Sequence record: MT028491.1
Length of the DNA: 64,000 bases
Strand: one strand, 5' to 3'
The position numbers and the translations under genes were made by a program. A model generated the notes under the pieces. It had not been told where the DNA came from and ran no database searches. It was given only the letters and a program-made list of their open reading frames with translations. Every line of letters starts with the position of its first letter. Within the stretch, counting starts at the first letter, position 1. This document shows, in pieces, positions 57,301-64,000 of this stretch.

Positions 57301-58875
57301 ACCTAGACGATTATATTCATAAGGCGAGAACCAAACAACACCACTTGCCATACCAGCCAAATAGGTATCAACAGCCTTCTTATATTCACCTTCGGTAAAC
57401 ATATATTCAGCGGTTGATGAAAGTGCATCGAAGACTTCCTTGACAGTTGGCGTAATACCATTTTCAAGCAATTCATCGAATCTTTCTTCCGACATCTTTT
57501 CACTTAGCTTATCGCTTTGTTGTGGCTTTGAATAGAGTTTATGTTGATACAAGCGTTCATACGTATTTTGTGACATATTAATGCCGACAGGTGAAATCTT
57601 AATTTCACCAAACCCAACTTTAGCATCCAAATCAATATCATAATTGATACGACCGTATGTGTGGATGAAACTTGCCACATCACGATAAGTTCTAATGATG
57701 TTTTTCTTGGCTGTTCTCTTGTCACCATAAATGGATGTATAATACTTATCCAAATCCTTGGCATAAACAGATGCAAGTAAGACATAAACGTTAAAACGAT
57801 CAGCATCATTGCTATAACTGTTAGGGTCTAGGAATTTGTCATTTGCAACAGACACCACAAAAGAAGCGTCTTCTACAATTTGTTTATAACGATCATCATC
57901 ATAGTTGACGATTGCCACCTTGTTTGTAACCGTCACATCAGCGGCGGTTTTCTTCGGACGACCGCGCTTTTTAACAACCACTTCACCGGCAGCATCTACC
58001 TTGATGGTTTCAGAAGGTTGAGCAACAATCGGCGCTGTTTGGGTAACAGTTGTGATATTTGCCTTTGGAGCTTCATCAACCGTAGGAGTGTTTACAATTG
58101 CCTTTGCAGTAGGTTCCGGTTCATCCTTTTTATCGTCCTGTACAACAGGCGCGCTTACGGGCGCGGGTGCTTGAACTACCGGCGTAGGTGTTGGAGTAAC
58201 GGCAACATTTGTTGCTGGAATCGGAATTCCCTTGTCAACTGGAATTTGAGCCGGTTGTGCAACTGGCGTTGCAGTTACAGGGACAGGATCGGGTTTTTTA
58301 TCAATGAGCGCATCGGTTGCAGCATCATCGTCCGAAAAATCGGCAGAGAATGCACCAGTCATACGCGCAATAAGCTGGAAAGCATCAGAATGCTTGTGTA
58401 GCTTTGCATATTGATAGAAAGGTTTGATCAATTCCGCAAGCTTAATCTTGCCATCAAGCCAATCCTTGATAACAGGTCTAATGCGAGGATCGGGCAACAT
58501 AGTAGCCCAAACAACTTTGTTGAAAAGTGCGCGAAGAATATCTTCGTTAATGTCAAGACTTGGCTTGGTCTTTAAAAGGAATAGAAGCTTTGTATATTCG
58601 TTAACGAATGAAAGTCTTAAATAACCCTTGTCAAATGCCATCTTCAATGAAACGGCCATATCATTATCATCATCGCTAATATTTGCGATTCTAGCACTTT
58701 TCAAATTCTTGAGCGCCTTAATGATTAGATAATGCTTAGGATATTCTTTCTTAAGAGCAAGAAAACCTAGATTGTTGATCCAGAACAAAGTTCTTACAAG
58801 ATTAGGATCGTTGATAATGGCTTCTTTTTCGCCATCATCTTTAAAAAGAGTTGTTTCTAATAGATTATCTTCCAT
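54367..58875 (-). CDS. large protein with C-terminal PARP-type (H-Y-E) ADP-ribosyltransferase domain
   Basis: LFHGT, VTGKMLGNGIYLS, EKSLQY, PELVVYD parallel PARP1 WHGS, VTGYMFGKGIYFA, SKSANY, EYIVYD; Pro/Ala linker; AT-hook KKRGRPKK. Confidence 0.85.
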   Translation of the reverse strand: MEDNLLETTLFKDDGEKEAIINDPNLVRTLFWINNLGFLALKKEYPKHYLIIKALKNLKSARIANISDDDNDMAVSLKMAFDKGYLRLSFVNEYTKLLFLLKTKPSLDINEDILRALFNKVVWATMLPDPRIRPVIKDWLDGKIKLAELIKPFYQYAKLHKHSDAFQLIARMTGAFSADFSDDDAATDALIDKKPDPVPVTATPVAQPAQIPVDKGIPIPATNVAVTPTPTPVVQAPAPVSAPVVQDDKKDEPEPTAKAIVNTPTVDEAPKANITTVTQTAPIVAQPSETIKVDAAGEVVVKKRGRPKKTAADVTVTNKVAIVNYDDDRYKQIVEDASFVVSVANDKFLDPNSYSNDADRFNVYVLLASVYAKDLDKYYTSIYGDKRTAKKNIIRTYRDVASFIHTYGRINYDIDLDAKVGFGEIKISPVGINMSQNTYERLYQHKLYSKPQQSDKLSEKMSEERFDELLENGITPTVKEVFDALSSTAEYMFTEGEYKKAVDTYLAGMASGVVWFSPYEYNRLGDLSKFSKSYARYTNYHRLIDMYCRSYDNYQLDKAVHVIELVYNHYADILVSQAGILKEFNTNLMQIFNKVEEIHQQDFVDFFDIMEKMNQDTAFVDALSNLVKDTYNLNTEKLFKKYPVDSEIGKRFLALASSGFFAKMKISVNLADVKVGGAALITLVTRVGEFIGFATKTKSSDYMTTGDYIERINEIIGTPEGFEIDELVDDKSLKKFVIDNGGTWERFIEDAIDFALNLSTHKRFSNFNMISELPYVLVEPVVAKAIEMQQFDILAVGYGASVTSQQIVKRYLDEHRQELTQMIKTTPFSSVDYWNKMMTLLRYTYNDSVPIYGYWDEMLTGTNVVSFFGTTKISSAWSDFTLVNMMSLNDATTNSFIQMLHSGDISFSDVNIILYEKIIHALDLLIKAQRSSDYDRFFKIFTELLATTMIDQTKLKSLFDKILSLNDKPHEIQIRIAKMMTDVSDTVPTDVKKIMNALSAMVIDHNFAGNEDISLDILSVNPELTLKILSRNIAPLFQTAGMFGPSYSNNRITQIGSQNFFSMYSKLGQMINISKKWDEYIAHISIMNLMRSLLSYGGGSFDPTAFVNAGIDNYKSVLSVAHVQSAIGSYVEYIVTSRRKNSKDLVSETLIRYNRNWYKVYANIIREKMKESNVKITPTVAKNMGFGTLFNDIYNDSDLSEQDRKEQFDEYLKLVFGDEKITPKHIESITDDMVTNKAVMDMLSNTKSVLPIYLRLTPKGLSDILKFNDFDVKTHADVKFSAAEFKNKGVFNSIKDAIEKVDIVGVPDLQVTKLDLSTDDLDAISYDLYEKKYNGRHGDIACVVLDVYDVHIRPDELVQFKNNHPNAKVETQLFHGTGSVAANMILRFGFKVVTQAIGGVQVTGKMLGNGIYLSPVLEKSLQYVGDSGFGRRFGTIGYVFESNLYISDERTQVRRAGYGGDNIRSPELVVYDGRSQIEIYKCYKVKLVSKSVLKDKRINRSI

Positions 58876-59233
58876 ATCCTAATTTCTCTAATGCACTATA
58901 CCATGTCTTTGTGACTTCTTTTAAATCCAATTGATCTTCATCTAGCAAATTATCATCCATTTCTAGGAGCAATCTTGCATTGAAAATTTCCATCGAATCA
59001 GGGATACGATAGATAGGTTGTGTGTCTTTTATCGTATCGATTGGAAATGTAAAGTTGACTTCTGTGTAGTAAAAATTTGATGTGTGAATGTTCTGCGAAG
59101 CGCCGTAGCGTTCCACAAATTCATCATATGTGATTACCCCGTCCACCACAGGAATATATTCATCCACAAACTGGAATGAGATATATTGTTCCTTCGGCGC
59201 GGAATCCACATAGTTTTTAAAGCCTAATGCCAT
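58865..59233 (-). CDS. hypothetical acidic protein
   Basis: 122 aa between the Acb1-like and ART genes, overlapping the ART start. Confidence 0.7.
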   Translation of the reverse strand: MALGFKNYVDSAPKEQYISFQFVDEYIPVVDGVITYDEFVERYGASQNIHTSNFYYTEVNFTFPIDTIKDTQPIYRIPDSMEIFNARLLLEMDDNLLDEDQLDLKEVTKTWYSALEKLGYGR

Positions 59234-59239
59234 CGCCCG

Positions 59240-59719
59240 TTAACCTTTTGCGTATTGTTCCACTCTATCGACAATTATATCAAAATCCGGTAGTTTCGTC
59301 GCGAGAAGAAATTCCTTGGACTGATTGTAATTGTACGACAAAGAGACGTGCGGGTTAAAAGTCGGATAGTCCGACTCCAATCCGAACACGTCTCCATAGT
59401 AGTTATATAAACTGGTAAGCCTGAAATTTCGTTCCAATTTTAATACAGGAACATCATTGCTATCCCCAAACAGAGCAAATTTTAAAGGACTAACCTTGAA
59501 TGGTTCGATATTATATTTGCGTGTTGAGAAGTTTTTGCTACCAACTTCACTATAAAAAACTGTAGTGTGGAACTTGAAATTCTTAGCTGATTGTGAAGTT
59601 CCAGAAAATGATTTCGTAAGATCGAAACCGTTCTGTTCACAATAATTTCTAAGCTTTTCATCAGTCTCTTCCGTAAACCTAATACATACGAAATTAGCTG
59701 TTCTTGTTCCCACTCTCAA
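59240..59719 (-). CDS. 2H phosphodiesterase, Acb1/gp57B-like (anti-CBASS)
   Basis: Two 2H motifs, HTTVFYS and PHVSLSYN, with VLKL and IIVDR resembling T4 gp57B. Confidence 0.8.
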   Translation of the reverse strand: MRVGTRTANFVCIRFTEETDEKLRNYCEQNGFDLTKSFSGTSQSAKNFKFHTTVFYSEVGSKNFSTRKYNIEPFKVSPLKFALFGDSNDVPVLKLERNFRLTSLYNYYGDVFGLESDYPTFNPHVSLSYNYNQSKEFLLATKLPDFDIIVDRVEQYAKG

Positions 59720-59993
59720 TTTTCCTTTTTGACTCTTCTAGATACTTCTTAATAGCATCTAGTGAAGCCCTACATGTTCTATTATTGTTATCTAACTCAA
59801 CTAACAATTTGGCAATCTGGCCATCTGTCAATGTCTTAAAATTCGGATAACGGCGCATAACAGGACAATTATACATTGCTTCGTCTGGAATGACAACTGT
59901 ATGAACTGTCCTAATAATTATTTGCGGCTTTGGCGTTAATGTACACGCCGAAACTGCAAAAAGCATCATAAGGCCAACTAATATTTTCTTCAT
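59694..59993 (-). CDS. outer-membrane spanin (o-spanin) lipoprotein
   Basis: Lipobox FAVSA-C; Pro/Cys pattern; directly follows the i-spanin. Confidence 0.75.
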   Translation of the reverse strand: MKKILVGLMMLFAVSACTLTPKPQIIIRTVHTVVIPDEAMYNCPVMRRYPNFKTLTDGQIAKLLVELDNNNRTCRASLDAIKKYLEESKRKIESGNKNS

Positions 59994-60355
59994 TTTTGAC
60001 CTACTCTTTCACTAAGAGCCTTAACTGTATTTTTCAATACATCAGAAGATTGGTTATCTTTATCAGGTGATTGATCAATCTGTTCATTAACCTTATCACC
60101 AAATTCCTGAATAACTAAAAGGTTATCCTGAAATGACTTAATGATTACCTTTTGATTTTCCAAAATCTCTTCATTAAGTTGACGGAATTTTTCTTTTTCT
60201 TCTAGCTCTTTTGTTAAAAGATCATTGTGTTGTTGTAGGGTAGCTTCCAATCTTACCTTATCATCATGAGCTTTCAATAAGAACCAACCGGTTACAATAA
60301 GACATAGAATGATAGCACCACCAGCTAACCATTTATTGGTAAGGATTTGCAGCAT
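59990..60355 (-). CDS. inner-membrane spanin (i-spanin)
   Basis: N-terminal TM followed by a long coiled coil. Confidence 0.7.
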   Translation of the reverse strand: MLQILTNKWLAGGAIILCLIVTGWFLLKAHDDKVRLEATLQQHNDLLTKELEEKEKFRQLNEEILENQKVIIKSFQDNLLVIQEFGDKVNEQIDQSPDKDNQSSDVLKNTVKALSERVGQK

Positions 60356-60936
60356 TATTCACCGCCCGATGCATACTCATCATCATTGCCAGAATACAGA
60401 TAATCATCCACATACTTACGGCATGGAACCGGTAGTGAAGCTTGATCAAGCTTTTTAACTGCTTCTTCACGTCCATAGAAACTAATATACGAATCGATTA
60501 CGCCGCGAATGAATTCTTGCATTTCATTGTCAAGAGGAAAATCACCGTCTTGAACAGCACCAGATTCAAACAAAGATGTTAGCTCTAGGTTGAGGAAAAT
60601 CGATTCATTTTGATTACGTTGTGCAAGACGTTCTCTATCGGCCTTACGAACCTTTGGCATAAGACGCTTGGCAAAACGATCAATTAGACCCTTTTTCTTG
60701 GCTACACGCTTATCAATTTCCATCTTCTGTGCTACAGATAGTTGGGAATATTTTAGACCGGCACGACCGGCAACAATACGACGAACCATTTTAACAGCCA
60801 TGCGACGAGCGCGCTTTTCAAGCTGTTCTGGTTGGGCAAGACGCTTTGCGAGGCGATTACGCGCAATCGACATCTTTTTACGATATTTACGAATGTTTCT
60901 AGCTCTTGCTAGTCTTTGACCATAATCTAATGGCAT
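60355..60936 (-). CDS. basic T4-like head/core protein
   Basis: QRLARARNIRK...LEKRARR...YSQLS..QK..IDKR...RLMPKVRKADRER Arg/Lys-rich pattern. Confidence 0.65.
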   Translation of the reverse strand: MPLDYGQRLARARNIRKYRKKMSIARNRLAKRLAQPEQLEKRARRMAVKMVRRIVAGRAGLKYSQLSVAQKMEIDKRVAKKKGLIDRFAKRLMPKVRKADRERLAQRNQNESIFLNLELTSLFESGAVQDGDFPLDNEMQEFIRGVIDSYISFYGREEAVKKLDQASLPVPCRKYVDDYLYSGNDDEYASGGE

Positions 60937-60984
60937 GGTTTAAAACCTCATTAAAAATGTTGAAATAAATGTTGCAACTAACCT

Positions 60985-60992
60985 TATTTATG
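60985..60992 (-). promoter_or_regulatory. T4-type late promoter variant
   Basis: CATAAATA upstream of the 60936 start. Confidence 0.55.
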
Positions 60993-61013
60993 GTTTTCAA
61001 TTGATAATGACTA

Positions 61014-61042
61014 TTGACAATGGATTTAGTGTAATTTAAATA
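61014..61042 (+). promoter_or_regulatory. sigma70-like promoter
   Basis: TTGACA-N17-TAAATA. Confidence 0.55.
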
Positions 61043-61074
61043 CGCTTCTACCATTAACAATAAAGGAGTCTATA

Positions 61075-61452
61075 GTGGATTTTATCATTCGAATTGTAGT
61101 GTCATTTATAATTGGCACGGTTTTGGGATTGATTGCGGCTGGATTTTCATATCTCTTAGGTGATCCACTTTGGCAGACAAAAGCGCTTGCATTCGGTATT
61201 TTGATTACAGTATTGCATTTGACTGGTGTTGCCTCATGGACCATCAAACGAGACAAAGCAACTTTGAAAGACGCGGCGATTTACGGCATTGATTTTGGTT
61301 TGATTTTTTTGGTCATGAATTTGACCGATCCAAAGAATGAAATACTGGTTTCGTTTTTTAACGCCATCGTCATGTATGCTATCTTTGTTTCTGGCCTTTA
61401 CCTATATCGAAAATACATTCGAAAAGCCGATAAGGTAAAACCATCTGAATAA
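61075..61452 (+). CDS. four-helix membrane protein
   Basis: Four hydrophobic segments; AAGGAG RBS with GTG start; own promoter and terminator. Confidence 0.7.
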   Translation: MDFIIRIVVSFIIGTVLGLIAAGFSYLLGDPLWQTKALAFGILITVLHLTGVASWTIKRDKATLKDAAIYGIDFGLIFLVMNLTDPKNEILVSFFNAIVMYAIFVSGLYLYRKYIRKADKVKPSE

Positions 61453-61453
61453 G

Positions 61454-61482
61454 AAAAAAGAGGGGAATTTCCCCTCTTTTTT
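61454..61482. terminator. bidirectional intrinsic terminator
   Basis: AAAAAAGAGGGGA-ATT-TCCCCTCTTTTTT. Confidence 0.85.
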
Positions 61483-63308
61483 TATATCTTCCAACTATCA
61501 CCAATCAATGTAATAAGCTGGCGTGAACCATTGTCATAAACAAGGCAATGTGTTTGAGTCCAACTTGAAATGCTGTTTGTATATTCAAGCTTGAGCTTGG
61601 TAGACGTTCCTACGCGGAAAACACCACGATAGATAGCGGCGGAATGGAAATGCCCAATTACAGCATTACCCCAAGCGGTTTCAATAGCATCTAAGCTACC
61701 CTTTGCCCCATTGGTTCCGATATCACCATGACTCCCCAATTCAACGCCGCCAATGACAAATGAACTTTGTCTGTCAAGATATTGGACACGACTTGCGCAA
61801 GATGGTTCACCATATGTGTTAATGGCATATTCCAGAATATCTTGGTCATCTTCAATACGCTTGCGCGCAAGATCAAAGGCAACATACTGATTTTCATAAT
61901 CAGCCATGAAACGACCATCATCAAGATATCGACTCAACCATTCATCATGATTTGACTTGACAATGATGATATCGCCAGTTTCCCCTAGCATATCTGCCAG
62001 CATATCCAAATCATCAGCGCATTGCGATAATTCGGCTTCAAGGCTACTCTTCTGTTTAATAGACCGTTTTGCCAGTTTCAACGGTTGATTCTTAATGTGA
62101 TGGTTAACACTCAAACCGTCAAAAAGATCGTGAACAACAATATTATCAATTTCAACGGTATTGACAACTTCATTGATCATATTAACAACTCGCGGATCGG
62201 TAGAACCGGAATGCCAATCACCCAAAACGAGTGTTGCATGTTCCTTTTCAGTTGTTCCGTCTGGACGATAACGAACACCCAAATCAATGAATGAACCGTC
62301 ATCATCAGCCTGAATTTGTCTGAAATGGAATAGCTGATTATTTTCAATTTCAACAACAATAGCACCAAGAACATGATCAAATTCAGCGATATATGATGTG
62401 CGCTTGCTCATATAAAGATCACTGGAATAATCACCAGTGGTGATAGCACCAGTTGTCATGAGTGCATTAGGAATACCAGAATACTTGTTTGGATGATATT
62501 CTAGGAACTGTTTAGGGCTTGCGCAAACTACAGAACCCTTTTCATGCAAGATACGCTTAAGGCCGGTTGTTGGCTTGATCTGTTTCGCAGACATTTGAAT
62601 TTTGGAAACGATCAAATTACCATTCAAAGCAACATCATTATGGATGAAGATTTCTTCACTTAGAATAGCATCAAATGCCCAATCTTCGATAATGTTGGAA
62701 CGGCTGGCCACATCAGCACAAGGAACGATCAGAAGCTTAGCTTCATTTGCATCACAATAATTTTTGATTGATTCATAAAACCCTTGGTGAATTGCTTTAG
62801 AATCAACTGCCGTGGTAATGACAAAGCGCTTATATTTCTGTAGCTCTTCGTCTAATTCTTCACTGGTTCTTTTAGTGAAAACAGTTGTTGATTTAGTGAC
62901 GATTGCATCAAGGACATCGGCATGATCTTCTCGCATATGATCATGCAAGTTGGTGATATTTCCAAAAGTCGATTTGATCTTGTGATCGGAGATTGACTCA
63001 AGGCGAAAATCAGCGTTAGTCGGATAACGCATTTTTTCAGAGACGATCTTGATATAGACATCAATAATTTCTTTCTTTGTGTCTTCTTTTTTATCTTCTA
63101 TGGGTGTGTTTGTCGCTTCTGATAGTAGTTCATGTAGCTTAGCTAGATTGCCAAAACTAGATCGAACGCGATCCCTAGAGAAACCAATTTCACGAATATC
63201 TTTAAAAGTTGGCAGTTTGCTATGTTTATTTACAAAGTCTTTACATGAGGTAAGGATATCGTTGGTAATACCTTCACGATACTTTACCCACTTCTCATCA
63301 ATTGCCAT
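61482..63308 (-). CDS. HTH-repeat plus calcineurin-like metallophosphoesterase fusion
   Basis: Two N-terminal repeats (LPTFKD..SFGN / YPTNAD..TFGN); GDWH, HDLFDG, SNHDEW, SHGD, GHFH motifs. Confidence 0.75.
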   Translation of the reverse strand: MAIDEKWVKYREGITNDILTSCKDFVNKHSKLPTFKDIREIGFSRDRVRSSFGNLAKLHELLSEATNTPIEDKKEDTKKEIIDVYIKIVSEKMRYPTNADFRLESISDHKIKSTFGNITNLHDHMREDHADVLDAIVTKSTTVFTKRTSEELDEELQKYKRFVITTAVDSKAIHQGFYESIKNYCDANEAKLLIVPCADVASRSNIIEDWAFDAILSEEIFIHNDVALNGNLIVSKIQMSAKQIKPTTGLKRILHEKGSVVCASPKQFLEYHPNKYSGIPNALMTTGAITTGDYSSDLYMSKRTSYIAEFDHVLGAIVVEIENNQLFHFRQIQADDDGSFIDLGVRYRPDGTTEKEHATLVLGDWHSGSTDPRVVNMINEVVNTVEIDNIVVHDLFDGLSVNHHIKNQPLKLAKRSIKQKSSLEAELSQCADDLDMLADMLGETGDIIIVKSNHDEWLSRYLDDGRFMADYENQYVAFDLARKRIEDDQDILEYAINTYGEPSCASRVQYLDRQSSFVIGGVELGSHGDIGTNGAKGSLDAIETAWGNAVIGHFHSAAIYRGVFRVGTSTKLKLEYTNSISSWTQTHCLVYDNGSRQLITLIGDSWKI

Positions 63309-63368
63309 TATATTTCAATAACTCCAAATTCATTTATATATTATCAGTATCAATTAAATATTTTGTCT

Positions 63369-63803
63369 TCATTGTGCCATGAGAATAAGCAAATCATCAT
63401 TAGTCAATTTGTCAATCAATCGTAGTGACATTGGAACTTGACGTATGTTAGCTTCTCTTTCCCAAGGAAGTTCTTTATAATCTTCAACTAAAGAGATATC
63501 TTTCTTAAAAGAGTATTGTTCTCCCTTGTAAGAAACTCCATTCTTTGTCTTGATTAAATCGCCACGTACCATCTGTTCAACATGAACAAGTTCATGACAA
63601 AACGCCACAAACTGTTCTTCCCAATTTAAATTATGACGGATGTTGATATGGTATGTGTCGTCTTCCTTGGTTAGAAAAGCATTCACTTCTTCCCTAAACG
63701 GAATCACATATCTGACATTAATTTTGGTATTATAGTCTATTGTAAGCTTATTGTCAAATATTAATATGTCAACCATTTTATTGGTTAAAATGCCATCAAT
63801 CAT
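63369..63803 (-). CDS. putative zinc metallopeptidase (SprT-like)
   Basis: CHELVHVEQ...LPWEREA. Confidence 0.7.
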   Translation of the reverse strand: MIDGILTNKMVDILIFDNKLTIDYNTKINVRYVIPFREEVNAFLTKEDDTYHINIRHNLNWEEQFVAFCHELVHVEQMVRGDLIKTKNGVSYKGEQYSFKKDISLVEDYKELPWEREANIRQVPMSLRLIDKLTNDDLLILMAQ

Positions 63804-63993
63804 CTAAGTATTTGTTCCGGTCTTCCTCATTATTAATGAAGAAGTTTGGGGTGAAGCCGATGAAGCCACACCCACCTTTAAGTTTTCGATATAGTTTGTG
63901 GATTTCTTCGTAAGTGGTTCCGCGTTGAATGATAGAACCTGTCTTCTCTTCCACGATTAAATATTCATTTTCTTCTTTTGTAAAAAGATACAT
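63796..63993 (-). CDS. conserved T4-like hypothetical protein
   Basis: YLIVEEKTG...GGCGFIGFTPNFF. Confidence 0.6.
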   Translation of the reverse strand: MYLFTKEENEYLIVEEKTGSIIQRGTTYEEIHKLYRKLKGGCGFIGFTPNFFINNEEDRNKYLDD

Positions 63994-64000
63994 ATAGCGC

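Noticed and set aside
57880-58401. Plus-strand 173 aa Cys/Arg-rich ORF
   Set aside because: Antisense shadow of the Pro/Ala-rich linker of the 1502 aa gene; no RBS or promoter support.

Overview
This 64 kb window is part of an AT-rich, T4-superfamily myovirus genome. The host is probably a Rhizobiales alphaproteobacterium (Ochrobactrum/Brucella/Agrobacterium/Rhizobium-like), inferred from an Omp25-like gene, a DUF1127 gene and a class Ib RNR. Minus-strand early regions carry sigma70-like promoters (TTGAC-N17/18-TAnnnT) and many small accessory genes. At least 12 of these appear to form a dispersed paralog family sharing a C-terminal hydrophobic helix ending in His. Plus-strand islands driven by T4-type late promoters (TATAAATA and variants) encode a large set of tail fibres, a tailspike and stand-alone carbohydrate-binding-like modules (6750-12331, 21022-34637). 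A replication/nucleotide cluster holds gp61 primase, thyX and nrdH-nrdI-nrdE-nrdF. A minus-strand late operon links a basic head protein and the spanins to an Acb1/gp57B-like 2H phosphodiesterase and a 1502-aa protein ending in a PARP-type (H-Y-E) ADP-ribosyltransferase domain. Other notable items are a nested GAA/GTAA mini-hairpin array at the strand switch (origin candidate), two structured intergenic RNA candidates, and an unannotated DUF1127 gene with a putative host LysR box. I found no tRNA, CRISPR array, integrase or reverse transcriptase. All homology calls were made by eye from motifs; no database searches were run.
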